A stretch of DNA of 64,000 nucleotides, from the NCBI RefSeq assembly GCF_009834535.1, contig NC_045696.1:372001-436000 (forward strand). Direction: 5' to 3'. The notes under the pieces are model-generated. The model did not search any database and had not been told where the DNA came from. It worked only from the letters and a program-made list of their open reading frames with translations. Positions 35,035-47,700 of this stretch are shown piece by piece (the stretch's first letter is position 1; the number at the start of each line of letters is the position of its first letter). The DNA comes from Camelus ferus (taxonomy: Eukaryota). Made by a program: the position numbers and the translations under genes.

Positions 35035-37500
35035 TTTCCTTTTGTTTAACTGAAGCGTAATCAGTTTACAATGTTGTGTTAATTTCTGCTGTACAGCACA
35101 GTGATTCAGTTACACATGCAGATGTATATTCTTTTTCATGTTCCTTCCATTATAGGCCTTCACAAGGTACTGAATTTACTTCCCTGTGCTGTACAGTACA
35201 ACCTTCTCGTTTACCTATCTTGTATATAGTAGCTTGTACCTGCTAATCCCAAACTCCCAATTCATCTCTCCACCCTCCGCCTTCCCCTCTGATAACCGTA
35301 AGTTTGTTTTCTATAGCTGTGAGTCTGTTTCTGTTTTGTAAATAAGTTCACTTGTATCATTTTTTTAGATTCCACATGTGAGTGATATCATATGGTATTT
35401 TTCTTTCTTTCTGGCTTACTTCACTAAGAATGACAATCTCCAGGTCCATCTTATGTTGCTACAAATGGCATTATTTTATTATTTTTTATGGCTGAGTAGT
35501 ATTCCATCGTATAAAAATACCAGTTTCTTTACCCAGGTCATCTGTTGATGGACATTTAGGTTGTTTCCATGTCTTGGCCATTGTAAATAGTGCTGCTACG
35601 AACACTGGGGTGCTTGTATCTTTTCAAATTAGAGTCTCCTCCAGATACATGCCCAGGAGTGGGATTGCCGGATCATAGGGTATGTCTATTTTTAGTTTTT
35701 TAAGGAATCTCCATACTGTCCTCCATAATGGCTGCACTAAACTGCCTTCCCACCAACAGTGTAGGATGGTTCACTTTCTCCACAGCCTCTCCAGCACTTA
35801 CTGTTCATGGACTTTTTAATGATGGCCATTCTGACTGGTGTGAGGTGATGATACCTCATTGTAGTTTTGATTTGCATTTCTCTGATAATTAGTGATATTG
35901 AGCATTTTTTCATGTGCCTATTGGCCATTTGTATGTCTTCATTGGAAAAATGTTTGTTTAGGTCTTCTGCCCATTTCCGGATTGGGTTGTTTATTTTTTT
36001 GTTATTACATTGTACGAGCTGCTTATTCTGGAAATTAAGCCCTTATCAGTTTCATCTTTTGCAAATACTTCCTCCCATTCCATAGGTTGTCTTTTTGTTT
36101 TGCTTATGATTTCCTTTGCTGTGCAGAAGATCATAAGTTTAATTAGGTCCCATGTGTTTATTTTTGCTCTTATTTGTATTGCCTGGGTAGACTGACCTAG
36201 GAGAACACTGCTAAGATTTATGTGAGAAAATGTTTTGCCTATGTTTTCTTCTAGGAGGTTTATAGTGTCTTGTCTGATGTTTAAGTCTTTAATCCATTTT
36301 GAGTTTATTTTTGTGTATGGTGTGAGAGTATTCTAACTTCATTGATTTACATGCTGCTGTCCAGTTTTCCCAACACCACTTGCTGAAGAGATAGTCTTTT
36401 CTCCATTGTATATTCTTGCTTTCTTTGTCGAAGATTAATTGATGGTACTTCTGTGAGTTCATTTCTGGGCTCTCTATTCTGTTCCACTGATCCATAAGTC
36501 TGTTTTTGTGCCAATACCACGCTGTTTTGATTATTGTAGCTCTGTAGTATTGTCTGAAGTGTAGGAGGATTATTCCTCCAGTTTCATCTTTTTCTTCAGT
36601 AATGCTTTGGCAATTCTGGGTCTTTTGTGATTCCATATAAATTTTAGGATTATTTGTTCTAGTTCTGTGAAAAATGTCCTGAGTAATTTGATAGGGATCA
36701 CATTAAATCTGTAGATTGCTCTGGATAGTATGGCCATTTTAACAATATTAATTCTTCCAATCCAAGAGCATGGGATATCTTTCTATTTCTTTAAGTCATC
36801 TTTAATTTCCTTAGTCAATGTTTTGTAGTTCTCCACTTACAAGACTTTTACTTCCTTGGTCAGATTTATTCCTAAATATTTTATTTTTTTGGATGCAATT
36901 TTAAAAGGGAATTGTTTCCCTACTTTCCTGATATTTCATTGCGAGTGCAGAGAAATGCAACAAATTTCTGTATGTGAATCTTGTGTCCTGCTACCTTGCT
37001 GAATTTGCTTTATCAGCTTTAATAGTTTTTGTATGGAATCTTTAGGGTTTTCTATACATAGTATCATGTCATCTGCATATAGTGACAGTTTCACCACTTC
37101 TCTTCCAATTTGGATCCCGTTTATTTCTTTTTCTTGTCTGATAGCTGTGGCTAGAACTTCTAAGACTAGGTTGAACAGAAGCGGTATGAGTGGGCATCCC
37201 TGTCTTATTCCAGATTTTAGTGGGAAGGCTTTCAAGTTTTCACCATTGAGTATTATGCTGGCTGTAGTTTTGTTACAAATAACTTTTATTATGTTGAGAT
37301 ATGTTCCCTCTGTACCCACTTTGGTAAGTAAGAGTTTTTATCATGAATGGATGACGAATTTTATCTAAAACTCTTTTTGCATGTATTGAGATGATCATGT
37401 GATTTTTGTCCTTTCTTTTGCTGATGGGATGTATCACATTGATTATCTGGGTATGTCGAACCATCCTTGTGTCCTGAGATGAATCCAACTTGATTGTAGT
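35035..37500 (-). mobile_element. Younger 5'-truncated L1 (~2.5 kb; RT C-terminal half, Cys-rich tail, 3' UTR), disrupted
   Basis: [46 protein letters not shown]; several frameshifts. Confidence 0.93.
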
Positions 37501-38149
37501 GATCTAACAGTATTTTGCCCACGAGCCATGTTACTTTTAGTATTTTTTACAGAATGAGAAGTTTTTTTAAGAATGCATATATTGTATCAGCAGAAATGCC
37601 TGGAACTTTGAAAAGTTTAAGATATACTTCGAAAGGCTCTCTTCCTCATGGAATCCCCTTCCTGCCTAAGCCCTGGTGCCTTCCTTGCTCTGCTGCACCC
37701 ACCCCCAACCTCTCCTCCCTTCTCGTGGCTGGGCTCCTAGCACATGAGGGGCTTCTGCAGCTAGGAACATGCTCCTTGATCTGCAGGTGATGACTGACCT
37801 CCACAGACACATGCTGCCCTGAATCTGGCTGGGAGTGATTTTTACACCGTTGGTACCAAACTAAGTCAGACACACCCATGTGCAGAGTCTGCATTCAGAA
37901 GCCCTGGCCAATGGACCACTAGCAAATTAATAGAACCCTCCTAGGCCTCAGTGTCCCGAGAGGGAGAAAACTGCCTCATACTGTAACGCGCCTGTCACAA
38001 TGCCTACACACACTCACAAGACTGTGTTAGTAAGTTCAAATCCAGTGACCCTATAATGATGGCAGAGTCAGAAAAAAAAGAAGCAGTACTACTACAACTT
38101 TGAAAAAGCTACACAGTGGGACTGTCTCTAAAAACAGTATGATTATACA

Positions 38150-39010
38150 TCTATATTTTCAATAATAATGAACAACAACAAAAAAAAACCCAATTCAAAA
38201 ATTCTCAAGGACCTGAACGGATGAAAATGGCCATTAAACCCATGAAAAGCTGTCCAACATCACTAATCAGTAGGGAAACGCAAATAAAAATGAGGTATCA
38301 TCTCACTTCCACTACGATGGCTATTATTTTTAAAAATGAAAAACAAGTATCGACAAAAATGTAGAGAAGCTGGAACCCTTGTGCACTGCTGGTGGAAATG
38401 CACCATATGCCACAGCCTCTGTGGACATCTGCTCAGCAGTTCTTCAAAAAGCTAAACATGGAATTACCACGTGACCCATCACCTGTCCTAGACATACACC
38501 CCAAAAAGCCGAAAGCAGGAGTGGAAACAAACACCTGCACCCCAGTGTTCATGGCAGCACTGTGCAGCACAGCCAAAAGAGGAGACAGCCATCAGCAGAT
38601 GGACAAGGGAACAGAATGTGTCATCTACACACAGCAGACGGACAAGGGAACGGAATGTGTCATCTACACACAATGGAATATTGCTCGGCCATGAAAAGCC
38701 GTGAACGGTGGTACGTGCTACAGGCGGATGGACCTAGAGTACACGTGTGAAGTGGAATAAGCCAGACAGAAGAACGAGACTGAGAGCCGCCAAATTCACG
38801 GAGGCAGAGAGGCCAGCGGTCAGTGCCCAGGCTGCAAGGAGGGGACGGGAATCACTATTCTTGGGGACAGAGCTTCTGCCTGGGATGAGGAGCAGGTTCC
38901 GGAAACGGATGGTGCTGATACCTGCACAGCACTACAAATGGGGTTAATGCCACCGAACTGTACACTTACCGTGGCTGAAAGGGTAAAAATTATGTTATGC
39001 ACATTTTACA
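38150..39010 (+). mobile_element. Old L1 3' end (L1MB-like)
   Basis: Typical tail (aatgccaccgaactgtacactt...ggtaaaaattatgttatg). Confidence 0.8.
38593..38672. repeat. 39-bp tandem duplication inside L1 (2 mismatches)
   Basis: CAGCAGAYGGACAAGGGAACRGAATGTGTCATCTACACA x2. Confidence 0.9.
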
Positions 39011-39046
39011 AAGAAAGTCTTCACCGAGAAGACACGTTCCACGAAC

Positions 39047-39193
39047 CTGCAGAATCTGGTGATCCTTCTCCTGAAGCTGCAGAGACAGAGACTCCTTCTC
39101 TTTCTGGTGACGAGACTGTACCTGCTCCTGCTCAGGTCTATGCGTCTCCTCTTCCTCCCACAAAGCAGCTTTCTTCTCACCTTCAAACTCACC
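39047..39193 (-). CDS. PCNT: PCNT exon (~ex16), GEFEGEKKAAL...DHQILQ; 147 nt, phase 0>0
   Basis: GTGCAG| acceptor, |GTTCGT donor. Confidence 0.92.
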
Positions 39194-39569
39194 CTGCACA
39201 AAAGAACACTGTTAACAACGAAAGACTCAATTAAGCTATAAAATTACGCTTGCTTCACTGCATTGCTACCCACCAGAACCTAGCTCATTCAACACGTATT
39301 TACTGAGTCTGTACTCTCATAAGGCCAAGGCCAGCACCCGGGTGAATGTGTGTCCAACGTGCTTATCTCACAGAACACAAAGAAACGCCTGCTGCCTTCC
39401 CCACTGGTCATATTAAGGGTTCTCCATCCTCAGGGTACCACGACCATCAAAACCCAGAATACTCAGAAACCTAAGTTCCTCTGGTTTTAAAAAGAAAAAT
39501 CCTGTTTCTTCCTAAACAGTAAAAGTATTTTAAACAACGTTCACCTAATGAATTAAACTATATTAATAA

Positions 39570-42230
39570 AATTACTTTTTTTTTAACCAGAGGTAGCACT
39601 TCAAGAATGGCAGAATAAAAATCCGTTCCTCTATAAAAGCACCGAGAGCACTGGCAAAAATTGTCAAGATCAACTTTTTCAGAGCTTTGGAAATTAAAGT
39701 GTTTATTGAAAACAAAAGTTGATTCTCCATCAAAATAGCAAGCTTCGGGGTGTTTGAACCTGCCCAACCCACCACTCAACCTCTAAGACAACCTTGAAAA
39801 CGCAGCCCAGCAGCCATGGGCGAGGGGTGGGGGCAGAATGGGTCTGCATCTCCCCCAAAGCACCACTGCTCACTGCCACCAACTGACCTGTCTGGCAGCT
39901 CGCTGAACAGCTCTATTTGTAAATCTGGTCTTTACTTGATCTGATGCAAAGCTCACCTCAAAAGCCTAGCCCCAAGCTCTTTGTTAAAAAAAAAATCCGC
40001 AGCAACTGAGGCGGTGAAAACAGGAGGAGACAATGACCAAAACCCTAAGAGGAAACACTGGAGGAGGAAAGGTCCAGAGGCGGCTCTGAAAAGCTCTGGT
40101 ACAGTCCTGGAAGCCACTAGTCCAACTGGGTAGGACTGTGCACCTGCCCTGAGGACCAGACAAGGCTCTCAGCTCTCACTGCTCACTGACCTTGCAGCTC
40201 TGCACAAGCAGGAGGTGACAGCGAAGGCAGAGATGGAAACTACCTGCCAGAGCACTGGAGGCATGCCCCAACCAGAGCCCCTCAACAAAGAGACAGGTTA
40301 TAAATGAAACCAGACAAGATTCTGAAGCTGGAAAGCACAATTACTGAAATAAAGATTCACTGAGGGCTCAACAGCAGATCTGAGTGGACAGAAGGATCAG
40401 CAAACACGAATTCAGGTCAAATGAGATTATTCAGTCTGGGGAACAGGAAAAAAAAAAGAATGAAAAAAAGTAAGTAGGGCCTCAAAGTCCTGTGGGACAC
40501 CCTCAAAGAACAGCATACACATAATGAGGGTCCCAGAAGAAAGGAGAAAGGGAACAGGGCAGAAGAATACTTGAGGAGAACATGGCCAAAAATTTTGCAA
40601 ATCTGATGAAAAATATTAATCTACACACAGAAGAAGCTCAATGAACTCCAAGTAGGATAAACTCAGAGAGATGCACACCTAGACCCATCATAATCGAAGT
40701 TCTGAAAGACAAAGAACCTTGAAAGCAGCAAGAGAGGAGCAACTCAACAAAGCAGACCCTCAGTAAGATTAGCAGCTCACTCATCAGAAAGCACGGAGGC
40801 CAACAGGTAGTATCATGGCATACTCACAGCGCTAAAAAAAAAGTGTCAACCAAGAAAGTTACATCCGAGAAACTCTTTCTAAAATGAAGGAGCAATTAAG
40901 ACATTCACAGATAAATAAAAACTGAGAGAACTCATCACTAACAGACCCTCCCCTGAAGAAACACTAACAGGAGCCCGTCAGGCTAAAATGAAAGGAAAGC
41001 AGACATTGCCAACTAAAAACTGGCACTTGCCATCTACCTCTGCTTGTATTAGATCACGAGCCGCAGCCGCGGACCTCCGGCATTCCCTGATCAGCACGCG
41101 GATCAGGAAGGAGGCGCTCTGTGCTCTGGGAAAACTGGCCGAACAGACCTTCAGAAAGTTGGACATCCTCAGAGGTTTTTATGACCCAAATTCTTGCGTC
41201 TCCTCTTATCTAGAAAAGCACTAAAATCATCAACAGTGACATCTGCTCCTGGTTTAGGCAAGTCTCTGCCTAAACGTGTGCTTGACCGCACGTCCCCCCT
41301 TCACTGAAATCGTCCGTGATACTGACGTGCTCCCCCTGCCTCTCCAGTGCAGCTCCTCAGAGCTCTGGGATGCTGTCTCCTGGGCTACAGTCTTCACTTT
41401 GCCCCCAAATAAAAACTGAACCCACAACTCTCACGTTGTGTAGTTTTATTTCAGTTCAACAACATTAACCTCAATCCACATGAAAAAATAAAAAACACTG
41501 GAAAAGGTAATTATACACGTTAATATAAAAGACAAAATAAACATAGTTTTTGTTTGCAATTCTTTTTTCTCCTATCTGACTTAGAAGACAACTGGATAAA
41601 GCAATGAGCACAAAATGTCCACGGATGTTCTTTGTATGACAATATTAGCACAGAGGGAAGGGAGGAATGAAGCTACATGGGACAGTTTTGTAAACTATAA
41701 AATTAAGTTGGTGTTAATGTGGACTAGACTGTTCAAGTGTTCGCTGTAATCCCTGGGGCAAGCACTAAAAAACAGCTCAAAAAATACGTAGAAAAATACA
41801 CACCAAGGAAATTAAAATGAACGAAGGCAGGAGTGAGGGACTGGAGGAACAAGACAGGCGTGAGATGTGGAGACAGCAAACAGCAAGCACCGACACTCCC
41901 TACAACGTGCACGAGCCCACAAAACACTGTTCTAAGTGGAAGAAGCCAAACTCGAAAGGCCACATATTGCATCATTCAATTTCTATAAAATGTCCAGAAA
42001 AGGCAAATCCACAGAAACAGAAAGTCCACCAGTGGCGCCAGGGATGGGAGAGACGAGGGATGCTGGTGGGTGGGGCTCCTGTGCGGAGACGCAGAGGCTC
42101 GGGGACTGGAGGGCAGCAGCAGCTGCACAACCTCGTGAATACACCAAAAACCACCGACCTGTACACTCTGAAAGAGTGACTTTCAAGGTGTGTGAATCCA
42201 TCTCTCAGTAAAGCTGTAACTAAAAAACGA
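39570..42230 (+). mobile_element. Old L1 (5'/ORF1 remnant plus 3' fragment), interrupted by a solo LTR
   Basis: ORF1-like sequence ~40300-41000 parallels the L1 at 5060-5800; boundaries approximate. Confidence 0.7.
41007..41461 (+). mobile_element. ERV1-class solo LTR, 455 bp
   Basis: TG...CA termini, exact 4-bp TSD ACAT on both sides, AATAAA at ~41408. Confidence 0.8.
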
Positions 42231-42394
42231 AACAAACCTACAGTAAAAATCATCATGCGAAGCGGAGCTGAATCCTGCACAGACACCCTTCCATGAAAAT
42301 AGGTCCATCAAAGCAAGAAAAGGCTGGACGTGGCTGCTGCTGAGTCACCAGGGCAGACAGTCAGCAGGACTCAGACTTTCTCAGATTTAAAGTA

Positions 42395-42610
42395 CAACTG
42401 CCTTCTGAACATGGGTTTGAGCTGTGTGGGTCGGCTCTTGCACGGTGAATGACACAGCACCACTCGACCCACGGCTGGCTGAGCTGAGAATTCAGAGGAA
42501 GGGTGGGCACAGAGGGACCACATGCACTGAGAGCCAACAACAAGTCACAGGCAAATTTCTGACTGTTCGGACTCAGGGCCCCAATTCCCACGTTGCTCAA
42601 GGGTTAACTG
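42395..42610 (+). mobile_element. Tigger2-derived MITE (MER8/Tigger2a-like)
   Basis: TA target duplication on both sides; right end GTTGCTCAAGGGTTAACTG resembles the Tigger2 TIR. Confidence 0.75.
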
Positions 42611-44587
42611 TACTTGGTGACAACTTCTTAGCAGAAAGGTATGCTAACTAGTCAATTTGAAGATAATAATGAATGAAAAAAGTTGCCTGTTTCTAAGACA
42701 ATCAAAATGTTTTAATTTTGCATATCAAGATTGTGAATAAACTTTCTCATTTACTTTGCAGACAGGAAAGGACAGCGCTAAAACAGATGACTCTTGATCC
42801 CGGTCCCTTTAATCGCGTGACCCGCTGCCCCAGCGCAGGGCTGACGGCCCCCGGGCTGCGTGGTCTCCTCCTCCAGCCCTGCCAGGGGAGCCGAGTGCTG
42901 GGCCCCGGCTGCCCTGTGGGAGGAGGGGAGCTGTGCTGGGCAGTGACCCTGAACCTGCAGCGCTGGCACTGGCGCTCACCCTCACTCCACGTGCTTTCAC
43001 TGTGACAACACACAGGAGTCGGGTCATAGCTCCTAGAAAACTTCAAGTCACCGTGTGGGGCCTCCGACTCTCACCGCAATCACGACAAGCAGGAGACGGG
43101 TTTGCGCGGCACAACGCTACGATTATCCTCTCAAGTCCTAAAGGTCATTTCTGAATTGACACAGATCATGTTTTTAAACTTTCTCTCCTGAAAAGACTTA
43201 ATCCCAATCTTTTAAAAGGAAGGATTCAAACACAACTTCAAGTTAGGACACACAGCAGCCGCAAAGCCCTTTAACTGCCCCATTCGCACCGCAACCACCT
43301 GCAGGAAGGGTGGGTCAGCCAGACAGCTCACGGCGCGGGGAGTGGCACCCCGAGAGCAGCTGGGTGTGACAGGGACGCCGGCGTGCTGGCGAACAGGAAT
43401 AAAACCGCGCGATGGGCACCACAGACCGGCAGGGCGAGGCCAGGGACAGGGGACAAGCCACATGCCCTTTCCCCCAAAACAGACACCACTGAACCACTTC
43501 TGCCCACAGTGAAGGGCACTCAAAAAACTAAGAAAACATCAATGCCCAAGAAAAGGCAAATCCGCCAAGGCACGTGGTAAGCCGCGGCTAACGGTCAGGC
43601 CGGAGGCTGAGCCATGGTGTGCGGCCCTCTGGGCCCCGGGCCGCGGTACAGGGAGGGCTCTTTCCTCTCGGCACCCTGGGCGATCGGTCCCGGCAGCACA
43701 TCCTGTGCGCCCCACACCTGCTGAAAGCTCTGCTGCAAGGAGGTTTAAATACGTGGTTCTTGAGAAACCTTTTTGAGCCACAGATCACATTCTTCAGGGA
43801 AAAGTCTTTCACAGAAGCCAAATATCTACAAACAGATAAATGCAACTTCCGTCTGAGGTCAGGGCAGGAGTCCAAGGGCACCTACACCCCACATGCCCTC
43901 ATGGAACCTGGTCCCGAGCCCGGGGCCTGCCCTACACCACCTGGACGAGAGCCCCACACGGGCCTTTCAGGCCTCGGTGTCATTGCCCACACACAGAAGG
44001 GCACAGGGTGGATTCTACATGGGACCTGCGCCAGGAAAGGGGACCAAGAACCAGCCCACTGGCGCCACGCCCTCCTGCGTTTGCCCCGCGAGGCGCCCAC
44101 GGGACCCCAAGGCAGAGCTGCACGTGCTGAGGCCGGCTGGAAGCCCAGTGCGACTTCTTTCTTAACCTTCACTTTGTCTCAGACAGCGTTTTAAGGCAGC
44201 TGAGGAGGCACGCCCAGCACAGCAAGAGGTCACCAACGTCAGTGGGAGCAGCAGACACAGCCCACCCACGTGGACCGTGGACGGGAGGAAATCACCCTCA
44301 CCCGACACCCGCAAGGGCGGTGGGACCTGCGACCTGCCTGCCCTGTGCGCACCCTGGCCTGGAGCAGGGCCTTGCTGTGCACCAGGACGAGGTCCAGGCT
44401 CTGGGGCCGAGCCCCGCCGCAGCACTTGTGGGAGCTGGGAAAGGCCACCTGAGGGGACAGGCTCACAGCAGTTCTCACTCGCGTGACGCCCCCACCCCAC
44501 CCCACCCCTCCTTACAGCCAATCGTTCTACTCGTAATTGGTCATGTTTTGAGTGGTAAAGTCAGTGTAAGAAAGGGTGTTGTCTGCA

Positions 44588-44710
44588 GGGGGAGGGTGTA
44601 GCTCAGCACGCGCAAGGTCCTGGGTTCAATCCCCAGCACCTCCATTAAAATAAATAAATAAATAAGCTTTTTAAAAACATAATTACCCCCAAAACAAATA
44701 AGCAAGAAAA
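44588..44710 (+). mobile_element. tRNA-derived SINE (Vic-1-like) with internal deletion
   Basis: GGGGGAGGGTGTAGCTCAG[del]CACGCGCAAGGTCCTGGGTTCAATCCCCAGCACCTCC plus (AAAT)n tail. Confidence 0.85.
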
Positions 44711-47700
44711 GTTATTCATAGGTTTTCTAAAAATCCACAGAATTATATGGGAAATTTGTATTTTTTAATCTTAAAAAAAATCACAAATATGCCGGAAGAA
44801 TAAAAACCAAGCAGCACTGCACGAGGAGCGCCAGCCCGGTAACAAGACAAACCCAGCTGGTCGCGGGCCACAGACACTCAGACATCACCTGAGACGACCA
44901 CAGGCTTGCTCTCTCCGTATTTTCAAAAGTCACATGAACACATCTTTTTCCCAAGAGAGGCGAGCCTGCCTGGGCGTGCCTGGCGGTCACGCTGTGGTCA
45001 GGCGCTGCCCTCCCTCCGCTGCCCAGTGGCACCAGCACAAGGCGAACTTCTTCACAGGGTGCTTATCTCTAAGAAAACGGAATCAGGCTTACGTTTTCAG
45101 GGAACTTTTCTCACAAGCAGACTGCAAAGGGAAGTGACCTGGAAGGTAATCCGATCGCCTCACACCCACAGCAAACAGCTCTTCTGACAAGTGACAGCTT
45201 CTCCGACAGGTGCAGGGGTATTTGTGGCGGACATACAGCTCGTCCCTGCTATTTGGGGACAGTGACCACAGCCTCCCAGGAGACGCCAGCAAGGCTCTGA
45301 GGACATCTGCCTGCGAGCAAGCCTGAGGGAGACCAGGAGGCACACACCCGCCCAGGGGACTCTCCCCAGGACAGGAACCCGGATCCGCCCGCGTGCAGAC
45401 ATGGCTCCGGAGCGAGGGACGCTCCGCAACCTCATGGGGGGCAGTAAAGCGAGGCCCGTGTGGGTCCTGATTTGAGCAGCACAGGCAGAGGCTGGGACGT
45501 GGGTGGACATGTGAGGAACCTAGGGGAGCACCGTCAATCCCGTGGGTTAGGATGGAGAAGGGGGCACTGAGGCTGCCACTAGCCCCGTGGGCCACCGCAT
45601 CCAGAGGTTTCCTGAACTCTTCTGCTCTGTCCGTGAAGCTTTCTCCAATAAAGTAAAACAGCCGGTCCCATGTCCCCACAAACCCAGTTTTGTGTGTGCG
45701 TGAGATCAGCTGGACAAACAGGGTCACTAAAACTGTATCTAACACTCACGTTCTTGGGAGCAAACAAAAGGGATAATGCACTTGAACAAACGTGCCCCCG
45801 ACTAGAAAAGTTCTTCCAAATGCCCTCTGCGTTCAGACGAAGCTGAGCGAGCGACGTGAGGACTGGCGTGGCCAGGAGTCAACGAGGTGGCAGGGTGAAC
45901 ACAGACCCTCTGCAGGGCGGAGGGCAGAGCACTGCCAGCTGGGAACCAGGAAAGGCCCCAGGAAGGGCGGGCGGCAGGGTGGCCTTGCCAGAGGAGGCAG
46001 GAACGAGCACCAACACCGAAGCGGAGGATGGGCGCCCGCTCGGTCACCCCGACACCCGCAGACCCAGCCAGCAGGACGGGGCTCAGCCTCACGCGGAAGT
46101 CCTAGGCTCTCGGACCCGTATCCCTGCCCGGGGGGGCCGTCGGGAGACTCTCAGGGGGCCGGGCACGCAGGGCCCCCGGCACCCACGGACCTGCTCAGCC
46201 CGAGAGCAATGCGAACGTGGAGGAGCGGCCGGGACGGCAGGACCCACACGGTATCCGTGGTGGGACAGCTCTGGCAGCCGCTGGACCCTCTGTGATGGCC
46301 ACTGGCTGACAGTGAGGGGCACCGGGGGGCTTGGGGGACGGAGGGGTCTTTATTCTTAAAAATGAAACTGAGCAGGAAGACGCTGTGGAGAGAAGATGGT
46401 TTGTGTGACACAGTCGGTGACCAGCTGAGTGCCTGGTCTCAGCCAGGATCACACCGGAGCATGTCTCTGAGCCGTCTTGGGGGCACAGGCCTCCCCTCGT
46501 TCATCCCTTCAAACCGGGGAAACCCACCCAGACTGGCCCGATCCAGGGCAAGTCAGTGTTCAAGGAGCAAATCAAGAAAAGTGCCAACTCCCAGGCTTTT
46601 CATCCAAAGGAGATGAATCTCACTTCTGCGCTTCCCTTTGTTCTTGTCACCTCCCCTCATTCTCACTCTGGGAACTTTCACACAAAGAAACAGTTTAAAT
46701 ACTAACTTCAGAGCAGTCAACGTGGACACACACAGCTAAGACCCTGACTTTAATCTAGGAACCCAGGTGATCGCTAGGGCCTACTTTGTAGTCAGAGATG
46801 AGACGTTAGCATGTCCTTTTGAAAAGCCCCACACAAACAGCACTTGCAAAGGTTTATAATCTGAGCAGTAACTCTGCACACACCTCACGTAAAACACCTA
46901 CTGTTCTCACGCCCAGAGAGATCAGGAGACACGGAGGCACCAGCAGTTCAAATCCGAGGACGGTGCCCTCCGGCCCGCAGGGAGGAGACACCACGGGAGG
47001 TGGCGGCGAGGCATCCCCTGCACCAACTCAAAGGGCACTGAGGCCATGAGCCCCACACGGGTCATGAGGACCTGGTCAGGTCCCAGCCTCCATGGCGTCC
47101 CACGTGCTCAGAGGGCTCCAGCTGCTTTGTGAGACTTCACCAGAAGGACAACCTCACAACCTGGCACACTGCTCACTCACATTTTGATGCACCAAGTGTA
47201 AAAATCGGAAGGAGAAGCCACAGCGTGTGCAGAGTACCAGGAGCGTCTGCCGAGGGAAGCAGGGTCCGTGTGGACGCAGGTCAGCACACCCAAGGAGCCT
47301 GCCTGCTCCAGCCTCCACTCCCACAGCGAGGGCGCCCAGGCAGCCGCTGCCACCTCCTCCCACACAGCCAGACCCACCCCACCAGCCCCCCTAGGCAGTG
47401 CAGGCACCACAGCCTCACTGGGCCCCTCCCAGCGCCCCTAGTCTGGCTCCAGCAGACCCGAGGAGCACTTCCCTGGAGGGCCTGGGCCACCCTCAGCAGC
47501 CCCCCCATCCCCAGGCTTCCCAACAGCCTGGCTCAGCTCTTGCCTCGACTGGCGCAGTCGCCTCCACCCCTCCATCCGGCCACCAAGTGGCCCACGTGTG
47601 GGACTGACCCGCTCAGGGACCCCACCCGGACCCCAACCTCCGGGTGCACCACAGGCGGGCCCTGCCGCCCTCTCCACCCCCTGACCTCTGAGGTCGTAAC

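Noticed and set aside
35737..37488. Functional reverse transcriptase gene
   Set aside because: 5'-truncated, frameshifted L1 ORF2 fragments
45089..45745. 218-aa minus-strand intronic ORF
   Set aside because: Non-ATG start, no convincing splice boundaries, no resemblance to PCNT or a known domain
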